Origin: Chlamydiales bacterium
GTDB lineage: Bacteria > Chlamydiota > Chlamydiia > Chlamydiales > JBDQID01
DNA: 37,369 bases
NCBI GenBank assembly: GCA_047611865.1
Contig: JBLFWS010000010.1
Coordinates: 1 to 37,369, forward strand
Direction: 5' to 3'
The notes beneath the pieces are model-generated. The model was not told where the DNA came from. It saw only the letters and a list, made by a program, of their open reading frames with translations, and searched no databases. Positions 1 through 8,664 of this stretch are shown piece by piece. Position 1 is the first letter of the stretch. Every line of letters starts with the position of its first letter. Position numbers and translations under genes: made by a program.

Positions 1-292
1 TGGCACCTCTCCAATATAAGCAAAGAACAAAACGTTTATCAATTTTGATACCCTGCATTTTTAGAAGATCGGGCATGACTCAGTTACATAAGCACAAATT
101 CCTTCGCTTCTCTTAAGTCATCCGAGAATTTGGTCAGACAGCCTATAGCCTTAGGAAAAAGTGTTACCTTGTATTGAACCATGCCGGAAATTTATAAGAT
201 AATTCCCTCAATATTATTCTTTATGAGATCTTTGCATAGAGAATTTATAATGTGTAACTAGCATCTTATTTAACTGTATTTTGGAAGGTAAT

Positions 293-1954
293 ATGGTCGC
301 GCTTAGTCCACTTGATATTTATACTACTCATAGTTTTCTTGGCTCAAAGGGCTGGTCACGAGATATTCTCATAAAAAGCTTGGCTATAAAAGGGATTGTC
401 CCCAATAGAGCAAGTCTTGACGGAGCTATACAAAGATTAGCTGGAGAATGGCGGTTTCTACTCGAGGATTCTGCACAATATCTACTGAACCTGCACACCC
501 CTGATGAGTTACGTACACGGTTGAGAGCTGGAGGAACTCCTCTATGCAATGCTAGAATAGAAGAAATTGTTATAAAATCTCTCAGGATGACTAAAGCAAA
601 GGTGGCGCCAGAAGTCCAACAATTTAATGTGAGTACAGATGCTGCCAGAGCACCTTCTTGGGCTACCTCAGCGATGTACCTTCCTAGAATACCCGCATTA
701 GTACACTACCAAAGTACTGGCTTAAGTTATGCGGGGGTAATTGGGGGCATCCGCCTTCCACTTCAGTCTGCTTGGAGCAAGCTGCCAAATAATCTTAAAG
801 CCTCCTTGGGTGATATTTCTGAGTACACGACAGAGGTTTGCGTTGTTTTTAATGATGTTGCGGGTTTGCGAGACAAGCCTCATGCTAACTTATTTTATCA
901 TGCCTGGCAATTTCCTAATTGGAGTTATGGCGATGGAAGTCAAAGAGTTAATCTAGCTATGGGGATTTTTAGTCCAACTAATGTTTCTCAGGCTGCTTCG
1001 AAGGGGATTTCTGTTGATGCTCTTTCTCCTCAATCTGTTAATCCTCACGATCATCACCTTTCTCCTGATAACGCAAGACTTGTTATTGAAGTGGACTCCT
1101 CTGTGAGTTCTTTTTTTGCTGTAGCCAAAGACGATAGCAACAAGAATTGCATTATCACTCAACACATTGTTTTAAATGATAACACTGCAGGGGGCTCTAT
1201 TGAAAGAGTTACTGCTGCTTTAGAAAATAGCGGCAACCTTTTTGAATTAACTCAAACTCTCCCGGACCTTGGTGTTCCAGTCCTCCTCAGGGAAGATGAA
1301 TTGGAGGATGAGGCTGCTATTTTTTCTTCGATGCAGCCAAGAGCTCCTCTTGCCTTGGTTGATAAGCTAGATGCAAAAGGGCGTTCTCCTCTTATTAATG
1401 CTGCTAGTGTGGGTCAACTTGATAGAATAGCTGATCTCCTAGATCATGGGGCAGACAAAACAGTCACTTATAAAGGGTTAACAGCCTATCAATGGGCAAA
1501 AAAACAAAAGCTTCACGAAGCAGCAGCATTACTAAAAGATGCTTCTATTGAAAAGAAAGATGGAAAAGGGCGTACATCTTTGATTAACGCAGCTAGTTCG
1601 GGAAATATAAGAGAAGTTGTTCGCCTTTTACAAGAAGGAGCAGATTTAACTCCTACCTATTTTAACAGACGTAAGGGGAGGCTGATGACAGCTTCTCAGT
1701 GGGCTAAAGATCTAGGTTTCACCTTTATTGCGGGAATTTTAAAAGACCCATTTGTAGACAGGCCTGACGCTAAAGGTCGAACTCCTCTGATTTGCGCAGC
1801 TTCTGTTGGTGATTTCAGTAAGGTTGCTCAGTTATTAAGTTCGGGGGCTGACGTGACAATTACATATAAAGGAAGGACAGCCTTTCAGTGGGCGGAACGT
1901 GTGAGTGCTCTTGGAGTAGAGGGGGCTGTTGAGGCAGCAAATCTATTGAGGTAG
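293..1954 (+). CDS. Ankyrin repeat protein with an unrecognised N-terminal domain (candidate secreted effector)
   Basis: The C-terminal ~200 aa contain three units of the form D.KGR(S/T)(P/S)LI.AAS.G....V..LL..GAD....Y..TA.QWA, each resembling a pair of ankyrin repeats. ATG at 293 follows GGAAGG; the ORF track starts at TTG 281. Confidence 0.85.
   Translation: MVALSPLDIYTTHSFLGSKGWSRDILIKSLAIKGIVPNRASLDGAIQRLAGEWRFLLEDSAQYLLNLHTPDELRTRLRAGGTPLCNARIEEIVIKSLRMTKAKVAPEVQQFNVSTDAARAPSWATSAMYLPRIPALVHYQSTGLSYAGVIGGIRLPLQSAWSKLPNNLKASLGDISEYTTEVCVVFNDVAGLRDKPHANLFYHAWQFPNWSYGDGSQRVNLAMGIFSPTNVSQAASKGISVDALSPQSVNPHDHHLSPDNARLVIEVDSSVSSFFAVAKDDSNKNCIITQHIVLNDNTAGGSIERVTAALENSGNLFELTQTLPDLGVPVLLREDELEDEAAIFSSMQPRAPLALVDKLDAKGRSPLINAASVGQLDRIADLLDHGADKTVTYKGLTAYQWAKKQKLHEAAALLKDASIEKKDGKGRTSLINAASSGNIREVVRLLQEGADLTPTYFNRRKGRLMTASQWAKDLGFTFIAGILKDPFVDRPDAKGRTPLICAASVGDFSKVAQLLSSGADVTITYKGRTAFQWAERVSALGVEGAVEAANLLR
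1358..1951 (+). repeat. Three tandem two-ankyrin units inside the CDS
   Basis: VDKLDAKGRSPLINAAS, IEKKDGKGRTSLINAAS and VDRPDAKGRTPLICAAS; similarity is also visible at the DNA level. Confidence 0.85.
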
Positions 1955-2165
1955 ATTAGGAGTTGGTTTTCTTCTTTGGCCACTTCTTTAACTCCTTTTC
2001 TTTTTTACTATCTAAAATAGCACCTTATTCATGACTAGAATAACTTTAATACGGTTACTCGTGGCAGGATTACACTTGTTAAAATAAAATTAAAAGTTGT
2101 CAAGTATTAGGCGAGTGGTTAGCTTCAGGTCTATGTAGAGTGGAGAAATAGCTGGGAGAAAAGCC

Positions 2166-2771
2166 GTGGTGTCAGGGTCCCCATCAGAAAAAGAAGTCTG
2201 GGAAAAGTTGAAGGAGCTTATTGGTAACGGAGAGAAAACGCTTGGTCCGCGTGTATCTAAAGCTTTATTCGCGAATCCGAAAGACTTTGGTAAGCAACTA
2301 TTACGATATAAGTTTATTGCGCAAATGGTCAGCAAGGGTAAGAGTGTCCTTGAGTTTCGTTGTGGCGAGGCTCTGGGTTCCCCCATCTTATCTGAAGAAT
2401 CTATCCAATATCTAGGGGTGGATGAGGATTCAGACTCAATCGAATATGCTTCAAAAAATTGGGGTAGCAAAAAGAGCTCTTTTATAAGGGCAAGTTTTCT
2501 GGGAAAAAAGTTCGGTTCATTTGACGCGGTTGTTTGTTTAGATGTTCCTTCTGAGCCGGTCTTTTTTGATACTGTTAGTGCAAATCTCCATGCAGACGGT
2601 GTTTGTGTTTGTGGTGTAAATAAAGAGCAAAAGAATGCGGGAAAAATCTTTGGCGAAATGGAGTCTATTTTTCACAATGTGCTGACTTTTTGTGTTAATG
2701 ATTCTGTCATTCATACTGGAGACTGCTCACTGGCAGATGATCTATTATTTCTGGGGTGCTACAAACGTTAA
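2166..2771 (+). CDS. Class I SAM-dependent methyltransferase-like protein (divergent motif I)
   Basis: RYKFIAQMVSKGKSVLEFRCGEALG, YLGVDED and FDAVVCLD; collinear with the downstream paralog. GGAGAAAAGCC precedes the GTG start. Confidence 0.75.
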   Translation: MVSGSPSEKEVWEKLKELIGNGEKTLGPRVSKALFANPKDFGKQLLRYKFIAQMVSKGKSVLEFRCGEALGSPILSEESIQYLGVDEDSDSIEYASKNWGSKKSSFIRASFLGKKFGSFDAVVCLDVPSEPVFFDTVSANLHADGVCVCGVNKEQKNAGKIFGEMESIFHNVLTFCVNDSVIHTGDCSLADDLLFLGCYKR

Positions 2772-2783
2772 CAAGGCATCATA

Positions 2784-3416
2784 ATGGCGTTGAGAGAAAA
2801 AGAGAAACAGCTTGTATTTGGAAAATATTACAGCTATTGGATGGAGAACTCGCCTCGAAGGTTTTTGAATCATCTTTCTTATTATAAATTTGCAGCAGAC
2901 CTTATTGGTTCTGGCAAGCGTGTTTTAGATATTGGTTGCAACGAAGGAATGGGGACTCGACTTTTGTCTGTGGAGTGTGGTTTTGCTAAAGGTGTAGACT
3001 TTGATGAACATGCTATCGAAAAAGCGCAACAAAGTTGGGCGGACGAAAATACTGAATTTGTTTGTGATGATATTTATAATTATGAGGCAGGTAATTGGAA
3101 TGCGGTTACAAGTTTTGATGTAATCGAGCACATTCATCCTGAAAATATTGAAAAATGGTGGCGCTGTATAAGGGATAACCTGCAGCATGACGGAGTGGTC
3201 GTTATTGGGACACCCTCAATAACAAGCAAACGGTATGCTTCTATGGTCACTAATATGGGCCATGTGAATCTGTATTCTGCAGATCGTCTTAAAGAGGAAA
3301 TACTTCGTTACTTTAAGCATGTCTTTATCTTTTCCGCTAATGATGAGCTGATACACACAGGCTTTAAGTCTCTGGCGCATTATTATATTGCCATAGGTTG
3401 TCAGAAAATATTTTAG
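2784..3416 (+). CDS. Class I SAM-dependent methyltransferase
   Basis: RVLDIGCNEGMG motif I, KGVDFD, VTSFDVIEHI and DGVVVIGTP. Confidence 0.9.
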   Translation: MALREKEKQLVFGKYYSYWMENSPRRFLNHLSYYKFAADLIGSGKRVLDIGCNEGMGTRLLSVECGFAKGVDFDEHAIEKAQQSWADENTEFVCDDIYNYEAGNWNAVTSFDVIEHIHPENIEKWWRCIRDNLQHDGVVVIGTPSITSKRYASMVTNMGHVNLYSADRLKEEILRYFKHVFIFSANDELIHTGFKSLAHYYIAIGCQKIF

Positions 3417-3521
3417 CCAATACCATTTTTTTCCTTCTGCGGAAGTGTGGAGGAGATCCCACACTTGCACAGACAAAAAAACCTTGGCACATTCAAGCGT
3501 CAAACTAGCCCGTATTGAGTA
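3416..3521. repeat. Intergenic imperfect palindromic element, copy 1 (shorter)
   Basis: Hairpin TCTGCGGAAGTGTGG...CCACACTTGCACAGA. Its 3' part GGAGATCC..AGACAAAA..CTTG.CACAT..CAAACT..CCCG.ATTGAGTA matches 4551-4622. Confidence 0.7.
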
Positions 3522-3712
3522 TCCTTTAATGGAAACTTAACAATCCTCAGAGATCTATTTAAAACTACTTATACAGAAAGATGAATTCAGTAATACTACT
3601 TGTTTTTATTGAAGTATATTTTTCGATATGTGGTCTAATTTTTAAAGCTTTTAGTAGCTGTAGTTTTTAATTAACACGCCACTGATTTGTTAATAAAAAA
3701 AAGGAAGGGACT

Positions 3713-4455
3713 ATGCCACACATCTCAACAATAAAAAATATAGTAGATAACGCATTTGTAAAAGTTATCGGTCGTAATAAGTTTCTCAGTGCCGCGAATA
3801 TTTCAAATACTTCTTTACAGGATGCATTAAGTGATGCATTGCGTAATACGCCAAGAGGTTGGGGGCCTTCGAAAGCAATATTGTCTCAAGCTGATACTTT
3901 TGAAATGAAGGCTAGTTTGGAAGAAATCGGCCTTAAAATTGCCGGCGACCATATCGAAAGAAATGAGAAACTAAATTCGGGCTAGATCGTGCTCAGGAAA
4001 TTCTTATAGATCTAAATGCCAAAGCAGATGAATCAGCAACACCTGGGACTACTGGACCTAGAAGAGTTGAGTTGGACGAAGAAGCTCAGGTTCTTGTTAA
4101 TGAGTTGAATTCTTTAATCAATAATATTAGATATAATGGAAGGAAGGTACTAGAGGGACTAAGCAGTTCATTTCGAATGGGAGATGACAACATTTCTTAT
4201 AAGGACTCAAGAATTGACACTGTTACTTCAGCTTTGGGAACTATTGACTTAAGTAAGATAAATGACGCTGATGATGCTTTAGTTCAAATCAAATCAGCTA
4301 CAGACCAAATAAACCTCGAATTAGTCAATGTTAATCATAACATTGATATGATAGGTCGGGCAATGAATATTCGGACTGAAGAGGCAGAAAACCTTTTTGC
4401 CTCCGCTATCTCTATACGCATTGATCTATATGATGTTGTTGATGATCTTATCTAA
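3713..4455 (+). pseudogene. Flagellin-like protein split by a -1 frameshift near 3967-3982 (ORFs 3713-3985 and 4072-4455)
   Basis: The second frame is open from 3967 and reads LDRAQEILIDLNAKADESATPGTTGPRRVELDEEAQVLVNELNSLINNIRYNGRKVL, resembling the flagellin N-terminal helical region. It later reads ADDALVQIKSATDQINLELVNV...EAENLFASAISIRID, resembling the flagellin C-terminal region. One extra G in TCGGGCTAG would join the two ORFs into about 247 aa. Confidence 0.7.
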
Positions 4456-4458
4456 AAC

Positions 4459-4622
4459 TACACCCAACACGGGTTTGTTTGACGCTTGTCTGCACTACTC
4501 TTTTTCCGTCTATGGAAGCGCGGAAACCTTAGCTACTTTCTAAGTATGCTGGAGATCCTCAAGCTTCCATAGACAAAAGAATCTTGTCACATCCAAAACT
4601 TCAAACTTACCCGCATTGAGTA
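4459..4622. repeat. Intergenic long imperfect palindromic element, copy 2 (MITE/REP-like)
   Basis: Perfect 12-bp inverted repeat GTCTATGGAAGC (4508-4519) / GCTTCCATAGAC (4563-4574), with outer arms CGGGTTTGTTTGA / TCAAACTTACCCG. The left-arm TTTGACGCTTG is the reverse complement of CAAGCGTCAAA in copy 1. Confidence 0.75.
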
Positions 4623-4639
4623 AAACTTTGAATCACTTG

Positions 4640-4677
4640 AAAAGCACCCAGTCAGAGATTGACTGGGTGCTTTTTTT
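4640..4677 (+). terminator. Intrinsic terminator (potentially bidirectional)
   Basis: AAAAGCACCCAGTCA-GAGAT-TGACTGGGTGCTTTTTTT: perfect stem followed by a T-run. Confidence 0.85.
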
Positions 4678-4751
4678 GTTTCCAAATTAAAATAATTAAT
4701 TTATAGATAGTCTGTTTGAGATGTCAAAATTCCTGACCAGGAGAAATTCCA

Positions 4752-6734
4752 ATGAGTAGCTGGGATAATGGGTTTCAAGGGGCGAGTAATCCTCCATTTT
4801 ATCCAAATGGACTTTGGGGAGCACAGAATACCACTCAAAATCATCCTAATGATGTGATGGGAGAAGACGATTTAGATGAAAATGATGTTGAAATGATGTC
4901 AGTCGACGAAATATCTAATGAACTTGACCTTAACGATGGTTTTAATCCACCACTTGGCCTTTTTTCTACTATACCCATACCTATTCCCGGAAATGAAAAC
5001 AATGGCAATACAGGCTTTCAAAACCCTTTTAGGGCTAATCCTTTCGAAGGGAGAGCATGGGGAGCTAATCCTGTAAATCAGGGATCTGCCCCTTTTGGTG
5101 AGAGCATAAGAAATCTGATAGGCAATGAACCTCTAGTGCAGAATAGAGAGTTTTTTTTTGCTACAAGGACTGTACAGCTATACCCACCGGGAGAAAACCC
5201 ACCTCAAATGCCAGTATTTGATCTTTCGAGGAACAATTTTGAAAATAGAGTCGAACCAGACTTATTGAATACTCAATGGAACAACAATGGTACTTTCGTT
5301 TTTCCTCCAAGTTCAACAGACTTTTTTTCACAGGATTTTAATGAGTTGTTGCTGGCAACTCCTGATATTTCGCCTGATTATCAGCAGATTTCAGAAATTT
5401 TAGAACCTTTTAATGGCCTTGGTGATTTCCAATTTTTCGACGCTGAGGAACCACAGGTTTCAGTCCCATCAGTTGTTCAGCTTTATTCTGATGATCCACA
5501 ACCACCTTATTACAGAAGTTCGTACATAAGTCCAATCGCGCAAGCTTTAAGGGATGAAGAAGAGGATGAGGAGATTTTTAACATAGACTATAATCCACAA
5601 CGTTTTGACTTCTCAGAACTGAGCGATTCAGAAATTGAAGAGCCGGTTTTGAGAATAAATTCTCCACTTTTAGATAAAGGATATTCACCTCTGGTAGAAG
5701 AAAGAAAGGAGATTAGAGGAGCTTTGGAGTTGTCAGAGCAACTTGAAGGTGGAATAGAACCTGGTAAATACACTCATTTGTTGTTGCCTTCTGATTTAGA
5801 ACTTGCTGAAGCCAAGTTAAATGGTGAGCACTTAAGATGTCGGATAGTAAGAAATGAGATTCATGATGTGCCTGTAGACTCAAATTTTATCGATTTTATG
5901 GGCTTGTTTGAAAATGCCGGGATCTTAGATGAACTTCCAGATTCCATAATTGATGAGGATTTTAATTACGCCCGAGAAGAATATATCTCTAGATTTGAAC
6001 AAAGATTGGGTCCCATTTATAATGGATCCCCTAATAGTCTTAGCGGCTCAAGTCAAGGGCAGGTAGAGGGTATAAGGAAAACCCTAAAGCATCTGTACTT
6101 AAAACTCTCAGACGAGCTAGCAAATATTCAGTTATTGGAAGGCGGTCATCAGAGGAATGCTTTTGAGGAATTTAAAAGTAAAATCAAAAGATACTTTCTG
6201 GAGCTGACTCATGGGGCCTTGCATTGTAACGACCGTATAGCACAAGAGAGCGAGTTGGTATATGGTGAAGAATTCAGGGGGTTGAATCTTTCAATCAGCT
6301 CAACGTTATCTGTGGAAGATAAAATTCTTAATCATTTGCAAAGTTACAGAGACCAATTATTTAGACAAGTCGTTGCAGAAATCCCTCGTCGATTTCCAAG
6401 GTATTCACAGATGGATATTGCAACTAATGTACAGCATTTTCAAGAAGCTCTTGGCGAAGAGTTTAACTTGAGTATGTCTACAGGGACAATTTACAGTGCT
6501 TTTGTTTGTAGTGATGCAGAAGGTATAATTAGGTCGGAGTTTAATACAAATTACACAGTTCCTAATTTGCTCAAGTATCTTAGAGGGAATTGCAATTTTG
6601 GCGACCTTTATAAATGGTTTGAAGAGAGGTATGATGTAGAAAACTTAGGATCTCAGATAAGTAATGAAAACGTTGATTTTCTAAGTGATAGCGCTTTAGT
6701 ATTTATCCTCCAAAAAATGAAGGTGGTTTATTAG
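4752..6734 (+). CDS. Hypothetical protein with a low-complexity N/P/F/acidic N-terminal half and a helical C-terminal domain containing HCNDR (candidate effector)
   Basis: 660-aa ORF with AGGAGA upstream of the ATG; no confident family assignment. Confidence 0.75.
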   Translation: MSSWDNGFQGASNPPFYPNGLWGAQNTTQNHPNDVMGEDDLDENDVEMMSVDEISNELDLNDGFNPPLGLFSTIPIPIPGNENNGNTGFQNPFRANPFEGRAWGANPVNQGSAPFGESIRNLIGNEPLVQNREFFFATRTVQLYPPGENPPQMPVFDLSRNNFENRVEPDLLNTQWNNNGTFVFPPSSTDFFSQDFNELLLATPDISPDYQQISEILEPFNGLGDFQFFDAEEPQVSVPSVVQLYSDDPQPPYYRSSYISPIAQALRDEEEDEEIFNIDYNPQRFDFSELSDSEIEEPVLRINSPLLDKGYSPLVEERKEIRGALELSEQLEGGIEPGKYTHLLLPSDLELAEAKLNGEHLRCRIVRNEIHDVPVDSNFIDFMGLFENAGILDELPDSIIDEDFNYAREEYISRFEQRLGPIYNGSPNSLSGSSQGQVEGIRKTLKHLYLKLSDELANIQLLEGGHQRNAFEEFKSKIKRYFLELTHGALHCNDRIAQESELVYGEEFRGLNLSISSTLSVEDKILNHLQSYRDQLFRQVVAEIPRRFPRYSQMDIATNVQHFQEALGEEFNLSMSTGTIYSAFVCSDAEGIIRSEFNTNYTVPNLLKYLRGNCNFGDLYKWFEERYDVENLGSQISNENVDFLSDSALVFILQKMKVVY

Positions 6735-8446
6735 GGAGTATTCTGAGAATGAACGAGTTCCCTGAAATTGTTAAGTAGTTTGGAGCAAAGCTTCTTGTAG
6801 CTGTATTCTTCTTCTACAAGTTTTTTTAGGTTGGAGCTCATTTCTTCTCTCAAGTCAGGTCTATCGAGGTAAAAGCGGCATTTTTTTATTAGTTCTTGTA
6901 CTGAGGAAAAAGTGTCAAAATGTTTTCCGGGAATCCAGGATTTGGGGTTTTCTAAAACAGAGTTCTTTTCAGGACCTTCATACAGCAAGAAAAATGCACC
7001 ACAACGCCCGCCTTGTACAACTCGGGGGTGGAAGTAGGTCCATGCATTCATGGATAAGTTGATTTTATTTTCTAGGAAGCTTTTTTGTAAGTCCGCAAGA
7101 TCTTCTGCAGAGCCACGGGCATAAGCTTTAAACTCCTTCCACTGGTTCCAGTTGGCTCCTGTGAGAGATAGGTCGAAGCCTTCTTTATGAAGAGCACGGA
7201 TAAAATGTAGGCAAAAGTGCTGATGATAGTAGCCGCTTGCTTTTTCTTTCCATTTTGGTGGAGCAATGCCAAGGCACTCTTGATAAGATAAAGGAATATT
7301 TCCTTCCAGAGAAATGTCCATGATTTCCTGAACCATTTCTAAATCAGCATTTTCCTCAGGAAGGGGGGAGCCCATTTCTCTAAATAAAGGGTGAGGTGTA
7401 ATAGTTTTCAAAAAGCCAATATCGTATTTTTTTTCTTTGTTGAACTCTTCAGCATCAATCACTAGGTCATCGCTGGGCAATAAATCGAAGAATATTTGTT
7501 CTTTTCGTAGTCCTAGTGTTAGGTATTTTTCAATAAAATCTTTGAAGATAGTGATGACGCTGTCGTATTTGCCCATGCCTGTTTTTCTTATGTGATTTAA
7601 ATGATAAAGGTTTGCTGGAATGTCCTGAAAGGGGTAGAGAGTCGGAGGTCCGGGATTGAGAGAAAGACTTGGAGGATCCTGAAATAAGTTGGGAGTTTTG
7701 ATCATAAGGTCAGGTTTAAATTGGTGAATTTCTCTATTTGTTGCCATGACGTAGTCGATGTGACCTTTTGTGCAGGGGTTGTGGATGAATACTTCACAGC
7801 CTAGTTCCTGGAAAGCTTTTGCTACTCCGTCGGAAAAACGTTTTGTCGCTACGAGAAGACAAGATCTGTCTACATATATTTTAGGCTTTTTCCCCTGTGC
7901 AATTTCTTTTAATCGGCACGTGAACTCACTACTAGAGTAATAGCTTATCATAGCTTTTCTGGAGCTGTGACTGCTTTGAAGGAAATGTCTTCTTAGGGAC
8001 TTGATAGTTTTTTCTACCTCAACCTTTGCTTCACAGTTCTCCTTTCCAGCAATAGTTCGGCAGAAGATCAAGGGAGAACGAAGATTTTGACTTTCCTTTA
8101 ACAGCTGCTCATTCCACTCACTGATATGCCAAATTTTGAGCTTTCCATCTTGTAGAAATGGGGTATTTATTTCGGAAGACAAAACTTTTTCGGGAATGCG
8201 TGAATCAGAGAAAATGAGCACTAGAGTTGTCGGGTTGATAGCGTAAGGTCTCTTATAGAGGAATTCATTCATGAAGGACGTATTTGGAACTAAATCGATA
8301 AGGATTGTTGAGGGCAATGAAAAGTCAGTGGCTTGACTATCATAGACTTCCAACTTAGAATTGTGTTCTTGCTTGGAAGTAATATGTCTACGTGCTATGG
8401 GAGATAAGAGAGCAAGTGAGCTTGATAACATAAAAGAGTTCACCAT
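6731..8446 (-). CDS. Glycosyltransferase, CgeB/Glyco_trans_1_2-like C-terminal domain
   Basis: The C-terminus KINLSMN...HPRVVQGGRCGAFFLL...GKHFDTFSSVQELIKKCRFYLDRPDLREEM...EEEYSY resembles the GT-B CgeB-type pattern; KYDIGF lies upstream. Confidence 0.7.
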   Translation of the reverse strand: MVNSFMLSSSLALLSPIARRHITSKQEHNSKLEVYDSQATDFSLPSTILIDLVPNTSFMNEFLYKRPYAINPTTLVLIFSDSRIPEKVLSSEINTPFLQDGKLKIWHISEWNEQLLKESQNLRSPLIFCRTIAGKENCEAKVEVEKTIKSLRRHFLQSSHSSRKAMISYYSSSEFTCRLKEIAQGKKPKIYVDRSCLLVATKRFSDGVAKAFQELGCEVFIHNPCTKGHIDYVMATNREIHQFKPDLMIKTPNLFQDPPSLSLNPGPPTLYPFQDIPANLYHLNHIRKTGMGKYDSVITIFKDFIEKYLTLGLRKEQIFFDLLPSDDLVIDAEEFNKEKKYDIGFLKTITPHPLFREMGSPLPEENADLEMVQEIMDISLEGNIPLSYQECLGIAPPKWKEKASGYYHQHFCLHFIRALHKEGFDLSLTGANWNQWKEFKAYARGSAEDLADLQKSFLENKINLSMNAWTYFHPRVVQGGRCGAFFLLYEGPEKNSVLENPKSWIPGKHFDTFSSVQELIKKCRFYLDRPDLREEMSSNLKKLVEEEYSYKKLCSKLLNNFRELVHSQNTP

Positions 8447-8664
8447 GGTTTTTTATTCATTAAAACATGATATCTATATATGTGACGATAATATTCTTAA
8501 CTATATCGCTATATAACTTAATTAGAAGTTAAGGGTAAGTGTTTAAGGCAGCTCCTGTATAAATCAAGCGTTCCGAATTTTTGGTATTTTAATTATCAAT
8601 GAGATAAAAGGACTGCTCTTTTTTCAACACAGCTCCCCGTAATTTCAGATTTAATAGAGAGGAC

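Noticed and set aside
1..182. Short minus-strand reading frames at the window start (one vaguely RelE-like)
   Set aside because: They are interrupted by stops and too short to support any call without upstream sequence.
2090..2470. 126-aa antisense ORF and the many other 60-130 aa ORFs overlapping long genes
   Set aside because: They lie opposite or out of frame within well-supported genes and show no motifs; treated as shadow ORFs.
3540..3712. Sigma28 promoter upstream of the flagellin-like gene
   Set aside because: TAAAGCTT is present at 3643-3650, but no CGA-containing -10 element lies at the proper spacing.
3960..3990. Programmed -1 ribosomal frameshift in the flagellin-like gene
   Set aside because: No X-XXY-YYZ slippery heptamer in the permitted window 3967-3982; a single-base deletion is simpler.
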